Positions 27,001-39,936 of a DNA stretch of 64,000 nucleotides are shown here, piece by piece. Under the pieces are notes generated by a model. It ran no database searches and had not been told where the DNA came from. It saw only the letters and a list, made by a program, of their open reading frames with translations. Location: NCBI GenBank assembly GCA_002104945.1, contig MCFH01000039.1, positions 62,001 to 126,000 of the forward strand, read 5' to 3'. The DNA is from Piromyces finnis finn. Its lineage: Eukaryota > Fungi > Neocallimastigomycota. Every line of letters begins with the position of its first letter. Position 1 is the first letter of the stretch. The position numbers and the translations under genes are program-made.

Positions 27001-30000
27001 TAGATCTTATTAATGTTCTTCTCAATTTTAAAAATCTAAATGTAAACTTACAAAATAAAGATATGGAAACACCGATTCATATCGCATGTAATCATAAATC
27101 AGAGGATTTATGCCTATTCCTATTGGATCGAAATGCGCAATTAGATTTAGAGGATAAACATGGGCATACTTCCTTTTTCATTGCGTGTAAACAAGGACTC
27201 AATAAAGTTGTTAAGAAAATGTTAAAATCAGGAGTAGATGTTCATAGAACCGATAAAAATGGCTATACCGCTTTACATCTTGCTTGTGCGTATGATCGAG
27301 CTCAGATTGTTAAGATGCTACTAGATTATAATGCAAATATAAACTTTCAAAATCCTTCCACCACCGTTTCTCCATATGACATTATTATGGAATCCCAAAA
27401 TAAAATCATAATGAATTTAATAGATAATAAAAAGGAAGTCAAATTAAAACGTCCAGCGTCAATGAGTAATCCAAAAAATCCAAATAAATCGTACAATGAT
27501 TATAAATCGGAAGCGTTACTTTTCATGTTTGGGTCGAATAACCTATCGGCAGTTCCAAAACCAAAACTTAAAAATAGTAAAAGTGATTCGCGTTTGAAAC
27601 ATCATCTAGAAACTAATGATAATCAAAATATTGAAGAGGTCACCTCACCTCTTCATAAAGCATGTGAAAAAGGTTTTGAATTGAAGGTGAAGGTCTACCT
27701 GGATTACGGAGATGATATTAATTTAATTGATGATTTTGATAATACTCCCCTTCATTATGCCTGCACCTACAATAGAATAAATATTACAAAAATTCTTCTT
27801 CAATCCCCAAAAATTAATGTGGATATTAAATGTTGTCAAAGTCGTATCACGCCATTTCTCTGTGCCGCCTACACTAAAAATATAGAAATGATGACTATTC
27901 TATTAGAACATGGGGCAAACATTAATGCCTGTGATAGTAATGGTGCCTCCGTTTTATTTAATTTATGTAAAGATGAAAATAAAGAGGTGTACAAGTATCT
28001 CTTGGATCATCATATTAGTGTAAAAATTCAGGATAAATCAGGCATGACAATTCTTCATCAAATTGCCGTCACAAATAAAAAGGAATTAGCTGAATTAATT
28101 ATTAATTATGACCGTAGTATTATTGATTATCAAGATATTTATGGTAAAACAGCGCTTCACTATTGTGCTATAAATAACTATAAGGAGATTATGAAAATGT
28201 TAATAGAGAATAATGCCAATATTAAAATAAAGGATAAAAAAAATAATAATGTCGTGGATTATTTAATAGATAATGATAATTATACCGAGGATATAAAACA
28301 ATTAATTAAATCTCTTGAACATTCTGACTTGAAAGGTAAGTTTAAATATGGAAAGAAAAAAAATATTTATATATATTTATATATACATTTATTATTATTC
28401 TATTTATTATTCTGTTATTTCATAACTAAAATTTTTATTATCTCTATTATTATTATATAATTATAAATTATTAATAATATTATTATTTATTATATATATT
28501 GCTATTGTTATTATTATATATATATATATATATAATTGAAAATTATTAATAATCTTATTAAAATTTTTGTTTTACCTTTTTTCTATTAATTAACTATATT
28601 ACATATTAACATATATAAATATTATTTATTATCTATCTTTTATTTTTATCACTCTATTCCATATTTTTTTTTCCATTGGCTACTAAACGAAATGGTTAAA
28701 TTTATATCATGCATTTAGATTTTAATTTTCATTCTAACCAGTTAATCAAAGCATGTAAAAAAGGAGATTATGAATGGGTGAAACAATGTCTTGAACAATT
28801 AGGCGATAATATATATTATGTAGATGAATCAGGTAGAATTGCTCTTCATTATGCCTGTGAAAGTGGAAATATCGATATTGTAAAATTATTATTGGAAAAA
28901 GGGTCATGCATCAATATTTATGACAATAAATTCTTTACTCCCTTATATTTAGCAAGTTTTAATGGATATTATGATATATCCAAATTATTATTGGAGAGAG
29001 GAGCCTCGTCTAATAATATTGATTATAAAACGTTTAAAAAAATTGAAAGATTACAAGAAAATTCCAATAAAAAGAATATTTCATCTTCTATGGAAAAATT
29101 TAGTGATATTGAGGAATACTTGAAATACCGAGCTAAAAATAATACTTTAGAGAATACCAAAACCAAAAGTAAGGAGATCCAAAAACAAAAAGTGGAAGAT
29201 AAAAGTTATTTAAGATTATCAAGTACTCCTTTAATATCCGCTATATTAAATGGTCAAAATGATATTGTTGAGGAATTAATAAAAAATGGTACTAATATTA
29301 ATGAAAAAGATGAACAGGATTTAAATCCCTTTTATTATGCTTGTTCTATTAATAATGAAAGGGCGATTCATCTTTTAATTGAAAAAAAGGTTGAAATAGA
29401 AAATTATTGTGATCCATTGAAAACGTCTGTGATGCATTTTGCCTGTAAATATGGTAATGTTGAATTAGCTGAAAGAATTATAGATTGCTATGCTATGTTT
29501 CAAGGAAATATAAGTCAAAGTAGTATATATTTATCACGTTCACATTCAAGAGAATTAAGCTTTGAAAGGTATTGTGGAGTTAATGAATTTAATAAACCTA
29601 ATATGTTTGGAGTGACACCATTTCATTGGGCCTGTCTATACGGTAAAAGAGATATTATTAAACTATTTAAAAATGGAGGTATTAATATCTTTATCGAAAA
29701 AGATATTAATGGTAGTAATGCACTTCATCATGTTTGTAGTAGTGGTAATACAGAATCCGTAAGATTAATATTGAAATATATAAAATTGTATAATACAAAA
29801 GTTATTCTTGATCAAGATTCCTATATTAATATAAATGAAATTAATGGTAATGGGGATAGTGCTCTTCATATTTCTGTAAGAATCGGGAATGAAGATATTG
29901 TAAAACTTTTAATTGATAATGGAATCAATCAAACCATACTAAATAGTAATAATCAAACTGCAAAACAATATGCAGAATCTATTAAACAACATAACAAAAA

Positions 30001-30022
30001 AATACTAGAATTATTAAATTAA
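24057..30022 (+). CDS. Large multi-block ankyrin-repeat protein, 2 exons, ~1860 aa
   Basis: Donor AAAG|GTAAGT at 28335/28336 and acceptor TTTAG|AT at 28718/28719 fuse the 1467-aa and 437-aa ORFs in frame (..LK D FNFH..). Many G.T.LH.AC repeats; no catalytic domain seen. Confidence 0.8.
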
Positions 30023-30468
30023 GATCTAAAATAAAATATTATATATATGTATCATTATCATTTTTTTTATTTTTAACATTATTCATAGTTTTTTTTTTTT
30101 TTATTTTTACTTTTTTTAAAAAAGTCTTTTTTTTTTTTTGCTTTTGTTTTTTATTATTAAAAGTTTTATTAAAAAAATATAAAAATTACTATTACTATCG
30201 TATGTCTTTTATATCCTTTTTTTATTTAATTATACCCCCAAACTTGCTTTAAATGTAGAATACCTCAAAGTACATAATTAATTTGTAAATTATATTTAAA
30301 ATTTATATTAAATTTTTTATTATCTAATTTCAATAATAATAATAATAAAAAAACCAATAAATAATAATTATTTTTATTTTTATTATTATTATTTTTTTTT
30401 TATTATTAAATATATATAATTTAAAAAAAAAAAAAAGTTTAAAAGTATTAAAATATAATAAAATAAAT

Positions 30469-31431
30469 ATGAGTAAATTAAATATTGTTATAACAGATGC
30501 TTCTACTGTTATCTGTAATAATGACATTTCATTAGATGTTTTTAAACAATATGGTAATTTAACTTTAATTGATTATACCGAACCAACTGACGTTGCTGAA
30601 GCTATTAAAGATGCTGATATTGTTTTATGTAATAAAACCCCATTAACCGCAGAAAATATGAAAGATGCTAAAAAGTTAAAATTTGTTGGTATATTAGCCA
30701 CCGGTTATAATAATATTGATATTAATTATGCCAAGTCTCGTGGTATAACTGTATGTAATGCAGGTGGTTATTCCACTAATTCTGTTGCTCAACATACTTT
30801 TGCTTTATTATTAGAATTAATTAACAAGGTTGCTATTTATAATAAGGAAGTTAATGAAGGAAGATGGATGAACAATAAAATTTTCACCTTCTTTGATCAT
30901 GAAATTATTGAACTTGCTGGTAAAACTATGGGTTTAGTTGGTTGTGGTAATATTGGAATTAATGTTGCAAAGATTGCTAATGCATTCAATATGAAGGTTC
31001 TTGTTCATACTAGAAGTGGAGGTAAGGATACTGATCTTGTTAAATATGTTGATTTAGATACCATTTTAAAGGAATCTGATATTGTTTCCTTACATTGTCC
31101 ACTCAATGAACAATCAAAGAATTTATTTAATGATGATACATTTGCTAAAATGAAGGATGGTGCTTACTTTATTAATACTGCAAGAGGTCCAATTGTTAAC
31201 GAATTAGCTTTAAAGAAAGCTTTAGAATCAGGAAAATTAAAGGGTGCTGCCATTGATGTTCTTGAAGTTGAACCAATGAAAAAAGATTCACCACTTTTAA
31301 ATGTAAAGAATTTAATTATTACACCACATGTTGCTTGGGCTCCAAAAGAAACTAGACAACGCTTAGTTGATCTTGTAGCTGATAATGTTAAATGTTATTT
31401 AGAAGGAAAACCACAAAACGTTATTGTTTAA
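30469..31431 (+). CDS. D-isomer-specific 2-hydroxyacid dehydrogenase (glycerate dehydrogenase/hydroxypyruvate reductase-like), intronless, bacterial type
   Basis: 320 aa; ATGYNNID, GLVGCGNIG Rossmann motif, SLHCPL, INTARG (Arg), DVLEVEP (Glu), TPHVAW (His). Confidence 0.93.
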   Translation: MSKLNIVITDASTVICNNDISLDVFKQYGNLTLIDYTEPTDVAEAIKDADIVLCNKTPLTAENMKDAKKLKFVGILATGYNNIDINYAKSRGITVCNAGGYSTNSVAQHTFALLLELINKVAIYNKEVNEGRWMNNKIFTFFDHEIIELAGKTMGLVGCGNIGINVAKIANAFNMKVLVHTRSGGKDTDLVKYVDLDTILKESDIVSLHCPLNEQSKNLFNDDTFAKMKDGAYFINTARGPIVNELALKKALESGKLKGAAIDVLEVEPMKKDSPLLNVKNLIITPHVAWAPKETRQRLVDLVADNVKCYLEGKPQNVIV

Positions 31432-31718
31432 ATGACTGTTTAATTTTTAATAATTAAATTTAATTTTAAATATACAATACTATTGATTTTTAATTAAATA
31501 ATTACTTTATTAATTTACACATAAATGAAAATAAACTCTATTAAAAGAAAAATAAACAAATCAACACAAATAATATAAAAGTAATTAATTGTAAATCGAG
31601 AATTTTATTGTTTATGTGTTTTTTTTTTTTTTTTACATTTAATTTACATTTATTTTTTTTTTTAAATAAGAATTAATAAATTAAAACATTTTAAAAAGAG
31701 TATTATTTTATTATTAGT

Positions 31719-32515
31719 TTATTTAAAATCAACTAAAACTTCCTTGACATTGCTTTTACTAAGAATAAAGTGAATTTGTTTTGCTTCTCTGTCATATATC
31801 TTTTTATGAAATAAAAAAAAAAAAAAAAGGATGAATAGTTCATTAGTTTCACGTTTATTTATTTTTTTTTATTACTTCAATTATACTATTAGATAATAAT
31901 TACTTCGTAACAAGGTAAATTCTTTCCTTCATAGTCACTACGAACATAACCAGTAATTTCTGGGTTTTGTTCAATATATTTAGTCATAGCTGGGTAAACT
32001 ATTATATTTATCAAGTATTTATAATATTTTTAATAGGTTAAAAGACTTTATTTCTTTATACCAATCAATCTCTATATTTATTCCTTTATTATTAAGTTAC
32101 CTCTCATTGGAGCGGTCATAAATGAAATACTTTGTAACATTTTAATACTGCTCATTTGATGGTAACCATGAATAGCTTCTTCTTGTTCTTCAATTTCAAT
32201 TATTTCAAGTTCTAATTCTTTAAGTTTTGATAAGGTTTCTTCATTTGGATTCTTAATAATGGCACCAATAAAGGTACGTAATTTATCTATGTTATCGTAA
32301 TGGTAATATTAATAAGTATGAATGTCATGTATTATATTATTATTATTATTTTTATTATTATTATTATTAGTTGTTGTTGTTGTTTTATATTACTTACCAG
32401 CAGGAACTTTTTGAAGATCGTCATAATATAATCCACAATATAAAACATCAATTTTAGCTTCAGTTAATTTTTTTTCTAATTCTTGAAATGATTTACCAGT
32501 GTTTTGATATGGTCC

Positions 32516-32596
<81 letters not shown>

Positions 32597-32597
32597 G

Positions 32598-32638
<41 letters not shown>

Positions 32639-32639
32639 G

Positions 32640-32671
<32 letters not shown>

Positions 32672-32672
32672 G

Positions 32673-32730
<58 letters not shown>

Positions 32731-33014
32731 TTTTTTTTTTTTTAAAAAAAGAATACAAGTAATTTTAAGTCTAAATATGTACTTTATAAAAAAAAAAAAA
32801 AACTATTTATTATATCTTTATTTTTTTTTATCATTTTTCAAATTAAATATTTAAGTAAATCAAAATACAAACCTCTAAATCTTACACCAGCAATGGTCAT
32901 TTTTGGAGTTTTGTCTCTTTTAACAATGATTTTTGAAAAAAAGCCGATATCATGTAATAAATAACCAACAATGGCACAAAGAACAAAGAAAATTGAATTA
33001 ATTACTAAAGCCAT
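31719..33014 (-). CDS. TEX264-like membrane-anchored GyrI-like domain protein, 5 exons, 206 aa (mostly absent from the ORF track)
   Basis: Phase-compatible exons 33014-32873, 32514-32398, 32286-32101, 31998-31904, 31799-31719. N-terminal hydrophobic helix (ALVINSIFFVLCAIVGYLL), then FRGPYQNTGKSF, GLYYDDLQKVPADKLRTFIG, RVYPAM, YEIYDREAKQIHF. Confidence 0.7.
32517..32728. repeat. (TAT)n microsatellite in intron 1 of the TEX264-like gene
   Basis: Long TAT run with three TATGTT interruptions; source of poly-Y/L/I ORFs. Confidence 0.95.
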
Positions 33015-33672
33015 TTCTTCTTTTATATTGAAATATTGTTTCTTTTCTTTTTTTATATAAAAAAACTATGAATATTCCTTTGGGGATTTTTCTTTTTTTT
33101 TTTTTTTCTGGTATTTTGAAAATAAAAATAAAGAGAAGGAAGAAAAAAAATGAATTTTTCTTTTTACTTTTTATATATCACCCATCAATACTTTGCCACC
33201 ACCACTTAACATTTTAATTTATAAAATAATTTAATTTAGGAAACTTAAAAAATTAAAATTAGTTCCATTCTCCCTTCTAAACGAATTCTTTTTTTTTTTT
33301 TTTTTTTATTTTTATTTTTATTTTTGAATTGTATCTTCTTATTATTCTCTACATAAATGAAAGAAAAAAATGAAAATAAATAAATAATAATAATAATAAT
33401 AAAAAAAGAAAAACAATTATATATATAAATATAATTGAAAGTATTATAAAAACATTTTTATTATTATTAATCAATTAATTAAATATATACAAAGATTACA
33501 AAGATTATGAATATGAATAGATTATAACTAAAAAAGTCCTGATAAATAAATAATCATGAATATACAAAATATATATTATATAATTTTATATATGAAAAGA
33601 ATAAAATAAAATAGTATGATATATCATTTTTATGGAAAAGGTTTGGTTTGTAAAAGATTTTTTATACTTTTT

Positions 33673-36600
33673 CTAACTTATAGATTGTATTTTTTTAGGA
33701 TATTTTCTTTTGTATTTTAAACAATTCGTTATTGCATTTTCTAATTCTTGCATTCTAAATGTTTCATCTCTTTGTAATTCCTCAATTTCATCTTCTTTTG
33801 ATTGAATAATTTCATCTTTATATTTAATTTTTTCTTCTAATTTTACAACTTGTTTTTCCAAATTTTCAATGGTTTGCTTATAACCTTTAACGGTTGATTG
33901 AACTTCATTAAGTTCGTGATTTAATTTATCTTCATTCTCTTTATGTTGTTTGATCTCATTTTCATTTGTAATTATCTTATTATTTAATTCTTCAATCATT
34001 TTTTTTAGTTTTTTATTTTCTGATTGTAAGTCATCGATTTCATGATTCTTTTCTTCTAACTTTTCATTTATTATGGAAATTTCTTTTTTAGATTTATCTA
34101 AATTTTGTTGTTCATTATCAATTTGTTTTTTGTAATATTCAACTTGAGCATCATGTGCTTTACTATTAATTTCCTATTGATATTGATAGATTAAATAAAA
34201 ATAAAAATTATATATATATATATATATAAATATTAAATTTCTATATTTCTCACTTTTTTTTTTTTTTCTAAAAAAATACATAATGATAAATGTAATAAAG
34301 GTATAAGTATAGATATATTATCATTATTATAATACTAATACTAATACTAATACTAATACTAATACTAATACTAATACTAATACTAATACTAATACTAATA
34401 CTAATACTAATACTAATACTAAATAATACTAATACTAAATACTAATACTAAATATAATATAATACTAATACTAAATAAATAAATAAAAATACTAATACTA
34501 ATACTAATACTAATACTAATACTAATACTAATACTAATACTAATACTAAACTAATACTAATACTAATACTAATACTAATACTAATACTAATACTAATACT
34601 AATACTAATACTAATACTAATACTAATACTAATACTAATACTAATACTAATACTAATACTAATACTAATAATACTAATACTAATACTAATAATACTAATA
34701 TAAACTAATACTAATACTAATTACTAATACTAATACTAATACTAATACTAATACTAATACTAATACTAATACTAATACTAATACTAATACTAATACTAAT
34801 ACTAATACTAATACTAATACTAATACTAATTACTAATACTAATACTAATACTAATACTAATACTAATACTAATACTAATACTAATACTAATACTAATACT
34901 AATACTACTACTACTAATACTAATGATATATTATATCAATAATACTACTAATAACAATAATAAGAAAATGTCATTTTTATTAAAGTACCTCTTTTTTCTT
35001 AAATGAGTCGGTAATTTGATCTAGATCCTTTTGATGTTGAATTTTATGTAGAGATATTTTTTCTTTAAGTTCATCTATTTCCTTTTTATATATATCAATA
35101 TAAGTAAATAATAGTTATATAAAACTATATGTTATATATATATTATATACATATATATACATACTTTATATATAGATGTTTTTTCAATTTTCAATCTTTG
35201 AATTTGGTCTTCATATATTTTTTCTTTATTTAAATAATCCGTTTGTAAATTACTTTTTAAATCAACAATACGTTGTTTGTACGTATCATCTTGTTCTTTT
35301 ATTTGTAATGAGTTTTGTTCTTTTATAGTTTCAATTTGTTGATCATAACCTTCTTTGACTTTTTGTATTTTTTCTATTTTTTTTTTTTTTTTTTTTTTTG
35401 AAATAAAGTTATTAAATTATGTTAATAATCAATAATATAATATATATGCTTTTTTTTTAAAAATAAAAAAAAACCCAACCTTCATATTCTTTAATTTGTT
35501 GTTTTAATTCATTATTTTCTTTTTTTGAATATTCAATTTTTACTTCTAATTCACTAACTTCTTTATTTTTACAAAGAATATTATAATTTAAATCGGATAA
35601 TTTGTTATTATTAAGTTCATTAATTCGCATTACATTCTAGGTTAAAAAAGTATGAAACGATTTATATATAAAATTATATGAAATAAAAAAAAATTAGATA
35701 ATCAATTAATTAAATAATATTCATTACAAGTATTATTCTAAAAAAATTTTTCATATAGAATTATAAAATGGAATAATACTTCTTTTTCAGTTACTAAACT
35801 CATTTGCATTTTCTTTAACTTTTCTCTAAAATCATTTCGTTCATTAATTAATATTTGCTCTATTTTTAGTTTTTCTGCTTCTAATTTTCTATATTTATCT
35901 TTTAATAAATTTAAGGAATCCTGACTGTGAAGAATTTCTTCACTTGCTTTTGAAAGTTTTGTTGTTAAAGAGAGTTGGGTTTCTTCTGACATTGACAATT
36001 TATTAGATAAATGTTGAATTGTTTCATTATGAGATTTTGTTAGGGATTCAATTGTTGTTGAAAGTTCATTTGAATATTTAGATTGATTTATACTATCTCT
36101 ATTCTTTTCAATTGAACTATCTATTTATTTTATTGGGTTAATGAAAATAGTCATAATTTATATAGTTTGATGATAATGTTAAAAATAGTGTTAATAATTT
36201 GAAATATTAAATTTTAAAAATATAGAAAAAAAGGAAAAATATTTATTAATATCTATTTATTTACTTATTGATCTCATTATATCATCTGAAATATCATTGC
36301 CAGAAATTTCTAAATTGACAATAGACTTATTATTAATTAACATTTCTGAAAATTCTCTCCCTCCAATTAAACCAAGACTATTCCATCTTAAATCTAATTT
36401 TCGCATTAAATTTAATTATATTATTATTATATATATATATGTATTTTTTTAATTAGGATTATAAAGAATGGTGAAAAAAAAAAGTTTTTTTTTTTTTTAT
36501 TTATATACCTATAGATAATAATGTTTTATTAAATTTTAATGCATTTGCTATAATTTGACCACCTTTTGGACTTATTTTATTGTTTCTTAAATCAATATGT

Positions 36601-37477
36601 AATAATGATTTATTCATTGCTATTCCATCAGCTAAAGCTTTTATTCCATTATTCCATATTCCAATACAATTCCATTCTAATATTAATCTTTTTTATATTT
36701 ATATTCATAAAGTAAATTGTTAAAAGTATATATATATATATATATATGTATATTTTGAAAGATAATTAATATATTATTAAATAATTTGTTTTTATAAAAG
36801 CATATATAGATAGAATACTTACTCTTTTATTGAATTATTTATTTTTAGCATTTGACCTAATGCAATTGTACCATCGGCTCTTTTTTAAAATATATATTAT
36901 ATAATTATTTGAGTACTGCAAGTTCTTTTTCTTTATTTTATGAATATTTATAATAATTATTACCTGATATTATTTCCGCTTAAATCTAAAACCTCAATAG
37001 ATTTATTATTCTTTAATACATTTGACAGTATTATTGTTCCTATGTAAAAAATATAAAAAATAATATAATATTTTGTTTTGTTTAAGTAATACATATAAAA
37101 GTGATATAAAAACTGAATATATTTAAAAATACAAACCATCATCACTTAGAAAGGTATCTGATAATATCAATTTTTTTATAAATCTATCATTGACAAGAGA
37201 AAATGCTAATGCTTTAAAATTCTTTATATTTATTATTATAACTATTAATTAAAGGTCAAATAAAAAAAAATTAAAAAGAAAATAGAACGCTTTATACGGA
37301 TAGATAATATACATTTAAAGTTGTACTGATTGAACTTAAGTCAAGGGTATCAGTTATGGTATTACCATTTTTTCCTTTATATCTATCTTTATTATTTATC
37401 TTATTTAATATTAATTTTGTTGGTTCACAACCTATTTTTTGACAATTCAGAATATAATTTTGACATAATACTTCCAT
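33673..37477 (-). CDS. LRRC45: LRRC45-like leucine-rich-repeat + coiled-coil centriolar protein, ~11 exons
   Basis: Spliced product MEVLCQNY..LDLS..LILSDTFLSDDG..LDLSGNNIRADGTIALGQML..LILEWNCIGIW..IDLRNNKI..DLRWNSLGLIGG..GNDI then long coiled coil; residue pattern follows LRRC45. All junctions checked were GT-AG and in phase. Confidence 0.8.
34331..34925. repeat. (AATACT)n hexamer microsatellite, ~600 bp, in last intron of the LRRC45-like gene
   Basis: Near-perfect AATACT tandem run with scattered interruptions. Confidence 0.95.
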
Positions 37478-38544
37478 TTTATTATATCTATCTATCTATC
37501 TCTCTTTTATATTTTAATAATGTTTTCAAGACCTAAAAAATAGGTTGAATGACAATAATACTAAGAATATTTCAATCGTTTTTTTATATTATAAAAAAAT
37601 AAAAAAATAAAAAAAATATTTATAATTGTTATTATTTCCTTTTTTTTTTTTTAAATTAAATGTTGTGTATACTATAGAAAAAAATATTATTTAAACTTTT
37701 AAATGTGAGCAGCACTTTTTTCTGTTATCCACCAGTAAAATAAAAATACTTTAATAAATTGAAGCTTTGTTAGATTTTAAACTTTTTAATGTTTATTAAT
37801 GTCGAAAATTATAAAGAAAAACAAAACAGAAGAATAAATAATAAAATTTAGGTTTGTAAGAATTACTGGTAAGAAAGCTTTTTATATTTAATATGTAATT
37901 TTAAATTATAGTTTTTTAATTATTTTTTAATTATAAAATGAAAAATGAATAATAAAAAAAAATATTCGGAGTTTTAATAGCAAAGAAAAAAAATTGTTTT
38001 TTTAAATATCATTAAAAAATATTTAAATTTTATTAATATTAAATGTTAATAAAAAGATGATACTCATATTATTAAGTAATTTAAAGAATGCCATATTAAA
38101 TTGTTAAAAAAAGATGTTAATATAAAAACAACAATGAACCACTTTTACAAACTATTGAAATAAAAAAATTTTGTCTTTACATATAATAATTGAATTACTA
38201 CTTTGTTCTATTTCTTTTTTTTTATTTAGAAAATGATGTATAAATATAAATGAATAGTAAATATATAACCACCTTTATTCTTATTTTCTATTAAATAAAG
38301 AATTTTTTTTTTTTTTTTTCAATTAACCAAGCTTTTTGGTAGGAAAAAAATGTTCTCTGGTAAAGTAAAGAATGTTTAATTTTTAATATTTAATAAAATT
38401 TATATTAAAATATTATTTATGATTGGATAATCCATGCAATGATTAAAAGGTAAAAAAATATTTTATTATAGGAAATTTTTTTTTTTTTTTTTTAATATTA
38501 AAATTTTCGATAAAAAAAAAAGAAACATTAAGAAATAAAGGAAA

Positions 38545-39905
38545 ATGGAAATTCAAGGTGAAGACGATTATTTTGTTAAAAATACTCCACCAAAAAATAT
38601 CGAGGAAGTAGAAAAAAAAACTAAAGAATTTTTAAATTTCCAAATTGAAAAGGATAGACGTGTTGTTCTTGTTACTGTATGTTATTCATTAACAAATAAA
38701 AATGACTTGAAATTAAAACATATAAAATTTTTAAATAAAACCAAAAAAAATTAAATATATTTTATTCATTGTTTATTATTTCTAATAGTCTGGTGGAACA
38801 ACAGTACCACTTGAAAACCAAACTGTCAGATTTGTTGATAATTTTAGTGCAGGAACTAGAGGTTCTGCTTCAGTTGAATATCCTTTTTATATTAAAAATG
38901 AAATTTTAAAAATGTTCATTTTTCAATTCATTTGAGTATTTTAATATTTCAAAGAATAAAAAATATTATTTCTTAATTTATTTTATTTTATTTTTTTTTT
39001 TTAAAATTCTTTCTTTTTTCTTTCTAAATATATATATTATATATATATTATATATACATAACACAACATATACATATTTTATTCAATATAATAAACATAT
39101 TTCATAGAACAAGGATATGCAGTTATATTTTTATATAGACAACATAGTTTAAGACCATATAGTAGACATTATTCCCACTCTAAAAATTGTTTCTTAGATA
39201 TGCTCGACATTGACAATGACAATATTATTGGTACCAATTATACTTTATTAAAATTTTTATTTAAATTAAATTGACAATAATATAAAAAATAAAAAAAAAA
39301 AAAACAATAAATTAATTCTTTTTTTTTTTTACTGCTTTATATGTTATATCTTTAATATTTAGTTAATAATAAATATAATAGTTTTATGAAGATAATTTTA
39401 GAAAAATATAAAAAGGTATATTTTAAAATGCATTTCTAAAAATTCGAAATGCATTAAAATCTAATTTGAAATCTAAAAATTAATATTATTTTTTAACAAA
39501 AACAAAAACAAAAAAAAAAAAAAAAAAAAAAAAAGTTTTATCCTTATTTAAAATTATATTATTATTATTTTTTTTGAAAAACAATAATATAATGATAATA
39601 ATAAAAGGCAAAAGCTGAAAATCTTTTACTTGAAATTGATTTCTTTACTGTTAAAGATTATTTCTTCTATTTAAATAAAATCACTAAAATTCTTTCTACC
39701 ATAGAAGAAAAGGCAATGTATTATTTAGCAGCTGCTGTCAGTGACTTTTTCATTCCACCAGAAAGAATGGTATTGTATTTTTTTTTTTTTTATTTTTAAG
39801 AAATATTTTAATTTATAATTAGTTCATTACATAAATAATATAGTTCTAAAATTTAAAAAATAATACCTAATCATTAACAAATACTATTCGTATTATTATT
39901 ATTAT

Positions 39906-39936
<31 letters not shown>

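Noticed and set aside
30211-30220. Second ATATCCTTT motif upstream of the dehydrogenase
   Set aside because: Intergenic, no reading frame requires it, and such a motif can arise by chance in AT-rich DNA; a 5'-UTR intron cannot be supported without transcripts.
30469-31431. Dehydrogenase as bacterial contamination
   Set aside because: Embedded between spliced eukaryotic genes with host-like AT-rich flanks and codon usage; a chimeric join cannot be fully excluded without reads.
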